From: Candidatus Bipolaricaulota bacterium
GTDB lineage: Bacteria; Bipolaricaulota; Bipolaricaulia; UBA7950; UBA9294
Length of the DNA stretch: 64,000 nucleotides
Assembly (NCBI GenBank): GCA_030603215.1
Contig: JAUVYF010000001.1
Span: 9,257 to 73,256, forward strand
Reading direction: 5' to 3'
Position numbers and translations under genes: made by a program
Notes under the pieces: generated by a model
The model's input: the letters and a program-made list of their open reading frames with translations, nothing else
The model's database searches: none
What the model was told of the DNA's origin: nothing
In this document: piece by piece, positions 49,908-58,964 of the stretch
Layout: the number at the start of each line of letters is the position of its first letter
Position numbering within the stretch: position 1 is the stretch's first letter

Positions 49908-51521
49908 CTAATCCTCCTTTGTACCAGGGAAGGCAACGCCGTTCTCGTTCATGTATCTAACAAGAAACTCAGGCGGGCGTTGCCGATTCCCGTGGTGAAT
50001 GTAGTTATAGTGTAGATCAAAACAGCCAGTACAGATCTTCCCCTCGAGTACGTGGCCCAGTACGGAGTGGATCCGCTCGCGGCTCACGTAACGAAACTCC
50101 ACCCCCTCCACCCTGCCAAACTGAGAGTGGTAGAATCCACGGTGAAGTGCCTCCTCCAACCGGCTGTTTTCCCGCAGGATCTCATTAACAGGCAGGAGTT
50201 TCACCGCCAGCAAATCCGAGGAATGGATGTCGACCCCCGCTCGGCAGGGCCCAATGATCGGAGGCCAGGCAGAGAGGATGGAGAGGCCGTTCCCTCCTTG
50301 CCTGTGCCACGCCGAGGCAAGCCAGGCGGATAAGTTACCCCGTACAATGCTGTCATCGACCACCAGCGCCCTTTTTCCCTGCGCCCGCTTCGGGGCAAGG
50401 GAGAACTTGCGCTGCAGACGACGGGCGATCTCCTCTGGCCCGTTCTCCAGAAATGACCTTTTCTCATCGTTTAATTGCAGAATATCCGAGGCCATCTCCA
50501 TATCAAGCCCCCGAGCGCGTGCTTCCTCCACGTAGCCCTGAGAGGCGCTGATCCCCGAGCGGGGAACAGAGGTGATGACGCTCCCGGCAAGGGGTGGGTG
50601 ATCCTGGCACAGCGCACGGCCGAACTCCTTTCTCACGCTGGCGATGGTGCGACCGTGCACCAGGGAGTCGGGGCGCTGAAAATAGGCGAGCTCGAAGGCG
50701 CACATTCCCTTGCTGGAGGTGCCGCCCAGCTCCTTGTTCATATCGAGCGTAAGGAAATCCGGTGCTTGGGGAAGCGCGCCTCTTTCGTGTCGGGTAAGTG
50801 AACAGATCCCGATCTCCCCTGCCGGCACGCTTCTAATCCTCTCCTCATGCCCTGCGCTGACCTCCCCTAGATGCGCCGTCTCCGAGGCGAAGAACCAGGT
50901 GGAACCAATTTTAACTCGATGAAGTGGATGCAGCCCGTCGCGCAGGTAGAAGAAGTAGGCGCGGTCTTCATCCTCGATCAACCCAAGGATGGTGAACCCA
51001 CCGAAGGGAAACGCCTCCCGGTAGAACGAGATGAGCGCCGCCCGCGGATCTCTTTCCTCGAGATAGCGAGAAAGGATGTGCCCGGCACAGGCGGCGGAGT
51101 CGGTGTGTGCCGCACCCAGATCTATCCCGCGGCGGAGAGCCTCCTGCCACCAGGCGGTGGTGAACGAGACCTCACCGTTCATCACGATCGCCACGCGTAC
51201 CTTTCCCTGGGAAGCGATAGCGGGGTGAACGTTCTCTATACTAGCCTTGCCTACGGTGGCATAGCGGACATGACCGAGGATCAGATCGAGAGGCGATTTT
51301 GTTGCCCAGCGCTGTAGGCGATGATAGCTATTCGCAGGGATCTTCTTTCCCGCGCCGAGCCATCTCTGTGAGCAGATACCAACGCTATTTCGCACGAGGA
51401 TCCCTGTCCCATTGCTTCCCCGATTGCGAGACTGATCGAGGATAGCGAGGGCGCGATCAAGCAGGGACAGAGGATCGTTACTGCGATCTGCTACCGGTAG
51501 AACCCCGACTACGCCACACAC
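49908..51521 (-). CDS. purF: amidophosphoribosyltransferase; divergent and long (537 aa)
   Basis: An N-terminal MCGVVG Ntn-glutaminase start followed by a PRTase motif (ALVVDDSIVRGN). There are insertions relative to the canonical ~470-aa PurF. Confidence 0.8.
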   Translation of the reverse strand: MCGVVGVLPVADRSNDPLSLLDRALAILDQSRNRGSNGTGILVRNSVGICSQRWLGAGKKIPANSYHRLQRWATKSPLDLILGHVRYATVGKASIENVHPAIASQGKVRVAIVMNGEVSFTTAWWQEALRRGIDLGAAHTDSAACAGHILSRYLEERDPRAALISFYREAFPFGGFTILGLIEDEDRAYFFYLRDGLHPLHRVKIGSTWFFASETAHLGEVSAGHEERIRSVPAGEIGICSLTRHERGALPQAPDFLTLDMNKELGGTSSKGMCAFELAYFQRPDSLVHGRTIASVRKEFGRALCQDHPPLAGSVITSVPRSGISASQGYVEEARARGLDMEMASDILQLNDEKRSFLENGPEEIARRLQRKFSLAPKRAQGKRALVVDDSIVRGNLSAWLASAWHRQGGNGLSILSAWPPIIGPCRAGVDIHSSDLLAVKLLPVNEILRENSRLEEALHRGFYHSQFGRVEGVEFRYVSRERIHSVLGHVLEGKICTGCFDLHYNYIHHGNRQRPPEFLVRYMNENGVAFPGTKED

Positions 51522-52792
51522 GTCTCCTCCCTGGCCACGATATCCCGGCGGTAATGCATTCCAGCAAAGCTTATTCGCGCCATTGATTCGTAAGCCCTCT
51601 CTCTTGCTTGTTCCAGCGATTCGCCACGCGCAGCAACCGCGAGAATCCTTCCCCCCCGGGCGTACCAGCGACCGTCGATGTAGGAAGTGGCAGCGTGGAA
51701 GATGAACGTCCCATCGTCCTTAGCCACGTTCACCCCGCTGATCAGGAGATTCTCATTGCCGTAGTTCACCGGGTAACCGGCTGAGGAGGCCACCACGCAT
51801 GCGCACGCGCCGGGGTACCACTCCACACTCGCTTGATCGAGGGTCCCCTCGCAAGCGGCGGTGAGCAACGCGTACAGGTCACTCTTCAATAGCGGAAGGA
51901 GGGCCTGCGTTTCAGGATCTCCAAAACGCACGTTGTACTCCAGAAGATAGGGATCGCCGACGCGATCGATGATGATCCCAAAGTAGATGATCCCTGCCCC
52001 GCTCAGCCCTTCCACAGCCATTCCCTGGATAGTGGGAGCGATGATCCGCCTCTCGATCCGTTCTCTCATCTGCGGGGACAAAGAGACCGGCGCATACCCA
52101 CCCATGCCACCGGTGTTTGGCCCACGATCACCGTTTTTAAGACGCTTGTAATCCCGCGCCAAGGGGAGGATACGATAGTGCTGGCCATCGGTTATGACCA
52201 TGATCGATACCTCTTCCCCGTCGATCGCCTCCTGGATCAACACCTGTTTTCCCAGCCCGCAGGCCCGTTGCTGCAGCAGTAGATGAAGCGCTTCCTTCCC
52301 CATGACTAGTGTGGGAGCGAATATCGCTCCCTTTCCGCCGCACAGTTCATCGGCCTTGATGAACCACCTCTTTTCTGGCTGTTCCATCAGATAGTCGATC
52401 CCGGTTGTGTAATCGCTTATCAGGTGTGTGGAGGGGGTGGGAATACTGTGTCGGTGGGCAAACTCCAGGGCGAACGCCTTGCTCGACTCCAGTCGAGCCG
52501 TCGCTCGTGGCGGACCGAAGATCATCAGCCCAGTTGATTGAAACCGATCGACGATTCCCTGTGCCAGATACGTCTCCGGGCCAACCACGGTGAGATCAAC
52601 ACCGTGAGCAGCGGCAAACTCGACGCACCCTTCCAACGAGGTGAGCGGTATGTTCTCCATCCGGGGCGAGGATGCTGTGCCCCCATTGCCGGGCATGCAG
52701 TACACCCGGCGCAGCACATGCGGACTCTTGACCAGGGCCCACGCAATGGCGTGCTCCCGTCCCCCAGCACCGATTACCAGTGCGGTGCTCAT
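51509..52792 (-). CDS. purD: phosphoribosylamine--glycine ligase
   Basis: MSTALVIGAGGREHAIAWAL is the PurD N-terminus. An ATP-grasp fold follows. Confidence 0.9.
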   Translation of the reverse strand: MSTALVIGAGGREHAIAWALVKSPHVLRRVYCMPGNGGTASSPRMENIPLTSLEGCVEFAAAHGVDLTVVGPETYLAQGIVDRFQSTGLMIFGPPRATARLESSKAFALEFAHRHSIPTPSTHLISDYTTGIDYLMEQPEKRWFIKADELCGGKGAIFAPTLVMGKEALHLLLQQRACGLGKQVLIQEAIDGEEVSIMVITDGQHYRILPLARDYKRLKNGDRGPNTGGMGGYAPVSLSPQMRERIERRIIAPTIQGMAVEGLSGAGIIYFGIIIDRVGDPYLLEYNVRFGDPETQALLPLLKSDLYALLTAACEGTLDQASVEWYPGACACVVASSAGYPVNYGNENLLISGVNVAKDDGTFIFHAATSYIDGRWYARGGRILAVAARGESLEQARERAYESMARISFAGMHYRRDIVAREETCVA

Positions 52793-52886
52793 TGCCGCAC
52801 CTCCTTATAGAACGTAAAGGTGCGTCATCTTAACACTAATAGTGCATATTGTCAAGTAAAAGTGTCACAAAATTACATTATTGTTG

Positions 52887-53600
52887 TTAACGAGAGGGAA
52901 GGCAGATCAGGCTCTTTATCGGGCAGGTAATTAAGCGCCGTAGGCGTCGATATCCTCGTTCCCCAATCTGGATAAGGGAAAAGATGCCCACGACCGTTGC
53001 CTTGGTCGCCTGGGCGATCTCTACCAAGGCAGCCTGCGTCTCACCCGAGCGCATCAAGTCGTCCACGATCAGTACTTGGTCGTCACGGGAGAGGGCGTCC
53101 GCGGGGAGGAAGTAGTTCATCACCTGGCCAGTGGGAAGGTTGGAGTGCGACTCGATGAACGAGGCGACGCCGACCTCGCGCTCCCGCTTAGTGAACAGGC
53201 AACCGACGTTCAGGCAAGCGGCAATGTGTACCGCGAGGGGAATACCATCGACCGCTGCGGTAAGGACCTTATCGGGGTGGGGAAATTCCATTACCATTAG
53301 ATCGGCGACCGTACGCAGGAAAGGGGTGTGGAACACGAGCCTCGTGTTGTCGATGAACCCATCCTCGTTAGCCCGCAATAGGGATTTTCCCTGCTGGGCG
53401 AGCCGCTCCCAGGAACGCAGCTTGAGAATCTCCTCGGCCCGCGCCGGCTCAGGAAGTACGTGTCCCTTGATGTAACGGTTGAGGACGATCGGGGATATCC
53501 CTAACGCCTCACTGAGCTTCTGGTAAGTCTGTCCCTGTTTAATCGCCCGCAGGAACTGCACCGCCTTGAGTTGCCTGTACACCTGCTCTTCCCTGGTCAT
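52887..53600 (-). CDS. purR: pur operon repressor, Bacillus type (HTH plus phosphoribosyltransferase domain)
   Basis: An N-terminal winged helix, then the PRT motif VLIVDDLMRSGET. It is positioned directly upstream of purD. Confidence 0.75.
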   Translation of the reverse strand: MTREEQVYRQLKAVQFLRAIKQGQTYQKLSEALGISPIVLNRYIKGHVLPEPARAEEILKLRSWERLAQQGKSLLRANEDGFIDNTRLVFHTPFLRTVADLMVMEFPHPDKVLTAAVDGIPLAVHIAACLNVGCLFTKREREVGVASFIESHSNLPTGQVMNYFLPADALSRDDQVLIVDDLMRSGETQAALVEIAQATKATVVGIFSLIQIGERGYRRLRRLITCPIKSLICLPSR

Positions 53601-53683
53601 AAGTGTATCATTCTACCCATTTGCTGAGGCGATGTGAAATGTTGTTGCTGGCTACCCTGTTAGGGGAACTTCACCACTTTAGA

Positions 53684-54244
53684 TTACGGTGCTGCGTCAG
53701 AGGCGAAACTAGATTCTCGTTTTATTTGTTCCAGGTAAGCTCTATACCCTTGCTCGTGCAGGCGATCTCCTTTCTCCTCTACAATAGCGGCCATCTCCTT
53801 TCGGTAATAAACAAGGCGTTGCTGCAAGGATGGATCAGCAAGCGCCAGGATCTGGGCCGCGAGCAGGCAGGCATTCTTCGCCCCGGCCGATCCGATCGCG
53901 GTGGTGGCAACAGGAACTCCGGCTGGCATTTGCACTGTGGCCAGCAGGGAATCGATACCATTGAATGCGGGGCTGTCAAGCGGCACTCCGATCACTGGAA
54001 GAATGGTACGGGAGGCGATAACCCCAGCGAGGTTGGCTGCCCCACGGGAGGCAGCGATGATCACCTTGATCCCACGTTTTTGCGCTGCAGCAGCATAATC
54101 GCTCACCGCGCGGGGAGCAAAATGAGCAGAGAGACGGCGCAGTTCGTAAGGAATATCGAACCGATCGAGGATCTGAGCTGCTTGCTCCAGCAATGAGAGG
54201 TCGTGCTCGTACTCCACCAAGATTCCTACTCGTATGTTCCCCAT
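53684..54244 (-). CDS. PurE-fold paralog with degenerate active-site motifs
   Basis: It aligns with PurE throughout (PYELRRLSAHFAPRAV...IIAASRGAANLAGVIASRTILPVIGVPL...GIDSLLATVQMPAGVPVATTAIG). Against the canonical GSxSD it has VEYEHD, against SAHRTP it has SAHFAP, and against AGGAAHLPG it has SRGAANLAG. Confidence 0.7.
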   Translation of the reverse strand: MGNIRVGILVEYEHDLSLLEQAAQILDRFDIPYELRRLSAHFAPRAVSDYAAAAQKRGIKVIIAASRGAANLAGVIASRTILPVIGVPLDSPAFNGIDSLLATVQMPAGVPVATTAIGSAGAKNACLLAAQILALADPSLQQRLVYYRKEMAAIVEEKGDRLHEQGYRAYLEQIKRESSFASDAAP

Positions 54245-54245
54245 T

Positions 54246-54755
54246 TTACCAGTGTTTCTCCTGACGATAAGGCTCCTCGATCCGCTCGTTCGCTAACCGC
54301 TCTTGCAGCGCCGGGTACTTCAATCCCAGGATCTGCGCGGCAAGGTAAGCGGCGTTGCGCACTCCCTCCTCGCCGATGGTCATCGTAGCCACCGGTTGTC
54401 CTACGGGCATGGGAAGGGTGGAATAGAGGGAGTCGATGCCGCGCAGGGAACGCGTATATAGAGGAATACCGATCACCGGAATGACCGTGAGCGCGGCGAT
54501 TATCCCCGGCAGATGTGCTGCTCCCCCAGCGCCGGCGATGAATACCTCCACTCCCTGGGCGATCGCTGCCTGTACATAGCGAAACAAGCGCTCCGGCGTG
54601 CGATGCGCCGAGACGATGGTCATCTCATACCCAATTTCCAGCCGTTCTAGCTCTTCAGCCACTAGCTTCATGACGGGAAGGTCGGAGTCGCTTCCCATGA
54701 CCACTCCCACCGCGCATTTGTTCATATCCAGGTTATCTCCTATCTCCATAACCAT
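54246..54755 (-). CDS. purE: N5-CAIR mutase / AIR carboxylase catalytic subunit, canonical
   Basis: VVMGSDSDLPVM, SAHRTPERL and AGAGGAAHLPGIIAALTVIPVIGIPL are all canonical PurE motifs. The probable start is the internal Met at 54725. Confidence 0.9.
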   Translation of the reverse strand: MVMEIGDNLDMNKCAVGVVMGSDSDLPVMKLVAEELERLEIGYEMTIVSAHRTPERLFRYVQAAIAQGVEVFIAGAGGAAHLPGIIAALTVIPVIGIPLYTRSLRGIDSLYSTLPMPVGQPVATMTIGEEGVRNAAYLAAQILGLKYPALQERLANERIEEPYRQEKHW

Positions 54756-54784
54756 GAGAAACTATAGCCACTGGCCACTATCGC

Positions 54785-55049
54785 GTTCAAGGTTCGTGTA
54801 CACGTGTTTACCTGTGTGCTGGCGTTGATGCTGGTAAGTCTCATGCGACGGGAGCTCAACATCAAAGGCGTCAATCTATCGATTAAGCGGACCCTTGAGC
54901 TGCTGGGGGATATCCGGGAGATGACGATGATCTTTCCACCGCAGGCCCGCGGCGGTAACCCAGCAATCCGCACCTCGATCAGTGCGATGTCTCCTGAGCA
55001 GCGAGAACTCTATGAGCTCCTTGGCTTAAACCGATACGGACCCTGTTAG
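54785..55049 (+). pseudogene. C-terminal fragment of a transposase (IS1634/IS4-like?), lacking an N-terminus
   Basis: The open frame ...AFKVRVHVFTCVLALMLVSLMRRELNIKGVNLSIKRTLELLGDIREMTMIFPPQARGGNPAIRTSISAMSPEQRELYELLGLNRY begins without a start codon right after purE. It resembles the C-terminal tail of transposases that I recall by pattern only, so the family assignment is uncertain. Confidence 0.4.
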
Positions 55050-55797
55050 GTCATACAGGTTTCACAAGGTTTTGCCCGTAGGGATGCTATGTTGTAGAAT
55101 ATACACGGCAAAGTCGGGCTAGGGTCCATCCTTTGCGCTGTCGCAAGACGCGCACTCCTTGACCCACTTTGTGATCGTCAGCCATATCTTTTAGTATAGC
55201 GGAAAAATTTCACTTTGCAATTATCTAGCAGCAACAACTTTCACATCCCACGAAAGGGCAAACTCTAAGAATGTGCAACTAGGATGGGCCCTACACCAAA
55301 TCCGCGCCTTGGTAAGCCATCCGCTCATTCGCCTCGAAACGCAGATCGCGGAGATAATCGAGGTAAGTAGGTTGAAGAATAGATCGTAGAGGCATCTGTC
55401 TGGCTTGGGTTGCTGGGGGTACTTACTCGCAGGATTTAGTCGTCTGTGGTGAGCAGGTTCTGTCACCGCGGGAGCTCAAGGAAGGACATCGCCTCTTCCT
55501 TGAAGATCTTTCTTGGACACCTGCCCTTCAGCCAAGGGTTATGATCGTGGGAACGGGGGCTTTCGGAAGGCTACATATTTCAAGAGAAGTAGTGAAATGT
55601 ATAGATGGGATGCGGATTAGTTTGCGTGGATTTAAGACTAGAACAGCGATAAATGATAATAATGAGACCATTGACCAAGAAGAAGATGTAATTGCCTGTT
55701 TGCGTCTTTCCTGTTAAGCTGTGCTTATTATCTTGTGGCTTCAGACCATTTTGCGAAAAGCGATTACACTCTTGCGAAACAGATCAGAGGAGGAAAG

Positions 55798-56886
55798 ATG
55801 AACAAGGAACGGCTGGAGTTTCTGCGTCGATGTATGGAAACCGTTTGCCCATCCGGTTTTGAAGAAGAGATGTCCCATGTATGGCGTACGGAGGCTAATC
55901 GGTTTGCCGATCGCACTTGGGTTGACATACACGGCAATTCGTTTGCCGTTATAAACGAGGGTGGGGTTCCTCGAGTAATGCTGGCTGGGCACGCCGATGA
56001 GATTGGACTGATGGTTACTTACATCGACAAAGATGGGTTCCTTTCATTTACCGGCATCGGTGGTTGGGATACTCAGATCCTCCCCGGGCAACGCGCATGG
56101 ATTCAAGGAAAGAAAGGACCCATCCTTGGGGTAATTGGTCGCAAACCAATTCATCTGCTTGATGAAGAACAGCGGAAGAAGCCAGTAAAAGTCGAGGACC
56201 TATGGATAGATATCGGAGCAAAGAACAAGAATGAAGCAGCCTCACTCGTACAGATTGGCGACCCCGCTGTACTTGATTACGGGTTTGCGAAGTTACGTAA
56301 CAGTCTTATTGTTGGGCGTGGCTTCGATGATCGTGTAGGGGCGTTTGTCGTTCTAGAAGCGGCGCGCTTGCTATCAGCGATGAAACCTAAGGCCGCGGTA
56401 TACGCAGTAGCAACCGTCCAAGAGGAGATTGGCCTACGTGGAGCGCGGACCAGCGCTTTTGGGATTGACCCCCAAGTGGGAATTGCTGTCGACGTCTGTC
56501 ACGCGACTGATTCCCCTGGACTAAGCTCCGAAAAGAAGAAACTTGGAGATCTATCAATGGGCAAGGGCCCAGTTATTGCTCGTGGACCGAATATCAATCC
56601 AGCTTTGTTTAAGCTGTTTGTGGAGACAGCCAAGAAAGAAAATATCTCTTGCCAAATAGAGGGTGCACCACACGGTACCGGGACCGACGCTAATGCAATC
56701 CAGCTTACTCGCGCTGGTGTAGCTACCGGGCTGATTTCCATTCCTAATCGCTATATGCATTCTCCATGCGAGATTGTGCATACAGGTGATCTGGAGAATA
56801 GCGCTAAGCTGATCGCTCACGCAGTAGCGAAGCTTAGCGAGGAGACCAACCTCATACCCCATAGCTCCTTGTTCTCACCCAGTTGA
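55798..56886 (+). CDS. M42-family peptidase (glutamyl aminopeptidase / FrvX / CelM-like)
   Basis: ...MLAGHADEIGLMVTYIDKDGFLSFTGIGGW...GRGFDDRVGAFVVLEAARLL...ATVQEEIGLRGA... are M42 metal-ligand motifs. The ATG at 55798 follows AGAGGAGGAAAG. Confidence 0.85.
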   Translation: MNKERLEFLRRCMETVCPSGFEEEMSHVWRTEANRFADRTWVDIHGNSFAVINEGGVPRVMLAGHADEIGLMVTYIDKDGFLSFTGIGGWDTQILPGQRAWIQGKKGPILGVIGRKPIHLLDEEQRKKPVKVEDLWIDIGAKNKNEAASLVQIGDPAVLDYGFAKLRNSLIVGRGFDDRVGAFVVLEAARLLSAMKPKAAVYAVATVQEEIGLRGARTSAFGIDPQVGIAVDVCHATDSPGLSSEKKKLGDLSMGKGPVIARGPNINPALFKLFVETAKKENISCQIEGAPHGTGTDANAIQLTRAGVATGLISIPNRYMHSPCEIVHTGDLENSAKLIAHAVAKLSEETNLIPHSSLFSPS

Positions 56887-56917
56887 TTTGAACTGTTAGT
56901 AGGTGTATAGTAATTCT

Positions 56918-57012
56918 ATCAGGGGAGCTCATATTTCTGGGCTGAGAGGAGGTTTAACCTCGACCCTTGGAACCTGATCTGGATAATGCCAGCGGAGGGA
57001 CATCTTGTGTAT
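56918..57012 (+). promoter_or_regulatory. TPP (thiamine pyrophosphate) riboswitch / THI element upstream of thiL-thiBPQ
   Basis: The sequence aggggagctcatatttctgggCTGAGAggaggtttaacctcgACCCttgGAACCTGATCTGGATAATGCCAGCGgAGGGA contains the conserved CUGAGA and ACCUGAUCUGGAUAAUGCCAGCG...GGGA cores of the THI-box. Confidence 0.85.
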
Positions 57013-57048
57013 CCCACGCAACTAAGACCAAGGTTCGGGTCGGTCTTC

Positions 57049-57921
57049 ATGCGCGAAACAAAGATTCTAGAGATTATCCGTAGCCGGATCTCTTCCGCAG
57101 GTGATGACGCAGCAATCATCCCGTTTGCCAACTCGCATCTCATATTGACTACGGATATGCTTCATCGCACAAGCGACTTTCCGACTGGAGCAAGCCCGAT
57201 CGCAATCGGTTGGCGCAGCGTTGCTGTCTCCCTTTCTGATCTGGCAGCAATGGGAGCTACACCATTGGGAGTTCTGCTTGCTTTGGGTGATCCCAAGCTG
57301 GAAGAAGCATTCGTCACCGAAGTGCTGGAAGGCGCGATGGCTTGCTGTGAGTCGGTAGAGACCAATCTTATTGGGGGAGATGTCGATCGCCATCAAGAGC
57401 TGACCCTGGTAAGTACGGGAATCGGCGAAGCCAAACAGCCAATTCGCCGAGCCGGCGCGCATACAGGTGAATTTGTTTGTGTCACTGGCGAGCTTGGTCG
57501 TACTCAGGCAGCTCTCGCTCTGTATGCAAAGGGGAAGACTAAGCAAGCGGACAAGCTCTTCCAGTTCTCTCCTCGTGTTAATTGGGGAAAAAACCTCGCT
57601 GGCATTGCTACTAGCATGATCGATATCTCTGATGGCCTTGCTCATTCGTTGCATCTACTGGCAAAAGAAGGAAGTGTCGGATTTACAATTGACGAGAAGA
57701 GACTCCCATTTCTTTCGGAGATGGATCAGCTCTTCCGTCCCCTCGAGCGCTCAGAAAGGATCATTTTCGGCGGAGAGGACTACGAGCTCTTGTTCACACT
57801 ACCTCAACACTTGTTAAGAAATGATAACAGCTGCCCTTGCTACACTGTTATTGGACAGGTGACTGAGACGGAGGTTCTGTTGGACGGCCGTAAGCTTCCC
57901 GATGAAGGGTACGAACACTGA
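57049..57921 (+). CDS. thiL: thiamine-monophosphate kinase
   Basis: ...AGDDAAIIPF...LGVLLALGDP...GGEDYELLFT... has ThiL (AIRS-related) architecture. The start is the internal Met after the riboswitch. Confidence 0.85.
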   Translation: MRETKILEIIRSRISSAGDDAAIIPFANSHLILTTDMLHRTSDFPTGASPIAIGWRSVAVSLSDLAAMGATPLGVLLALGDPKLEEAFVTEVLEGAMACCESVETNLIGGDVDRHQELTLVSTGIGEAKQPIRRAGAHTGEFVCVTGELGRTQAALALYAKGKTKQADKLFQFSPRVNWGKNLAGIATSMIDISDGLAHSLHLLAKEGSVGFTIDEKRLPFLSEMDQLFRPLERSERIIFGGEDYELLFTLPQHLLRNDNSCPCYTVIGQVTETEVLLDGRKLPDEGYEH

Positions 57922-57935
57922 ATAGGAGGTGGATC

Positions 57936-58964
57936 ATGTTCGACAAACTGGTAGTTCTGTTTGTGGTTGCTTTGTTGGCATTGGTGGTTATTGGCACAGG
58001 TAAGGAGCAGCTCGTTGTCTACACTTATGAGAGCTTTGTGTCGTGGGGTCCGGCCGCTGTTTTGGAGGAGGTATTCGAAGCCCAATATGACTGCGATTTG
58101 CAATTTGTAACTGCGGGAGGAGCTAAGGCAACACTCTCTCGTCTTCTTGCCGAGCGTGACGTTTCGGCGACGAATGCTGATCTATTCATGGCTGAAGTAA
58201 ACGAAATCCCGCGGATTGTGAAGTATGACCTATTCCTCCCAGTAACCAAGGATGATATTCCTAATCTTGCATATATTCCCGAGGAACTTCTCTTCGATCC
58301 CGATGTGGGATTTGTGCCTTATGAATATGGGTATATCAGCCTTACCTATGACTCACAGGTCCTAAGCGAGGACGAGCTTCCTCAATCACTTGACCAATTA
58401 ACCGATCCCCGTTATGCGCGGATGCTTGTGTGTCAGGATCCGCGTACTTCGTCCACTGGATTCTCGTTCCTCCTGTGGACCATCGCTCAGTTTGGCGAGG
58501 AGAAGTACCTCGATTTTTGGCGATCGATCGATCGAACACTTCTTACTATCACAAGGGGCTGGACCGAGGCGTGGACTATGCTTAGCCATGGAGAGGCCCC
58601 ACTTATTGTAAGTTTCTCCACGGATACCGCTTACGGGGCGATGTACGAAGATTCAATTGACTACCGCGCGTTTGCCCCGGGAGGACAAGGATACCGTACA
58701 GTCTTTGGCATAGGAATCGTTAAAGAGACAGACCAGCCTGAATTAGCGAAGGCGTTCATTGATTTGCTGTTATCCAAAGAGATTCAAGAGCAACTTCCTA
58801 GAACAGAGATCATGATACCCGCCAACCTACAGGCAGAGCTCCCGCCAGAGTACGATGAATACCTCATTATTCCTGAGAATCCATTGATGCTTCCGCTTGA
58901 CTTGGTAGGGGACCGAATGGATACCTGGCTGCATGACTGGGAGCGGGCGATCGTGGGCAAGTGA
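57936..58964 (+). CDS. thiB: thiamine/TPP ABC transporter substrate-binding protein (ThiB/TbpA-like)
   Basis: A signal peptide followed by an iron(III)/thiamine-type SBP fold. It sits in an operon with a two-domain permease and an ATPase downstream of a TPP riboswitch. Confidence 0.75.
   Translation: MFDKLVVLFVVALLALVVIGTGKEQLVVYTYESFVSWGPAAVLEEVFEAQYDCDLQFVTAGGAKATLSRLLAERDVSATNADLFMAEVNEIPRIVKYDLFLPVTKDDIPNLAYIPEELLFDPDVGFVPYEYGYISLTYDSQVLSEDELPQSLDQLTDPRYARMLVCQDPRTSSTGFSFLLWTIAQFGEEKYLDFWRSIDRTLLTITRGWTEAWTMLSHGEAPLIVSFSTDTAYGAMYEDSIDYRAFAPGGQGYRTVFGIGIVKETDQPELAKAFIDLLLSKEIQEQLPRTEIMIPANLQAELPPEYDEYLIIPENPLMLPLDLVGDRMDTWLHDWERAIVGK

Noticed and set aside
52793-52886. Possible PurBox or ZTP/purine riboswitch upstream of purD.
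   Set aside because: An AT-rich, promoter-like stretch is present, but I could not recognise the ZTP (pfl) or purine aptamer consensus by eye. Adjacent PRT-type PurR suggests protein-mediated PurBox regulation, but no confident site was identified.
55221-55466. An 81-aa minus-strand ORF in the ORF-poor region between the transposase fragment and the M42 peptidase gene.
   Set aside because: It has no recognisable domain, no ribosome-binding site and an odd composition. The region looks like decayed DNA. It was retained only as part of the scar finding.
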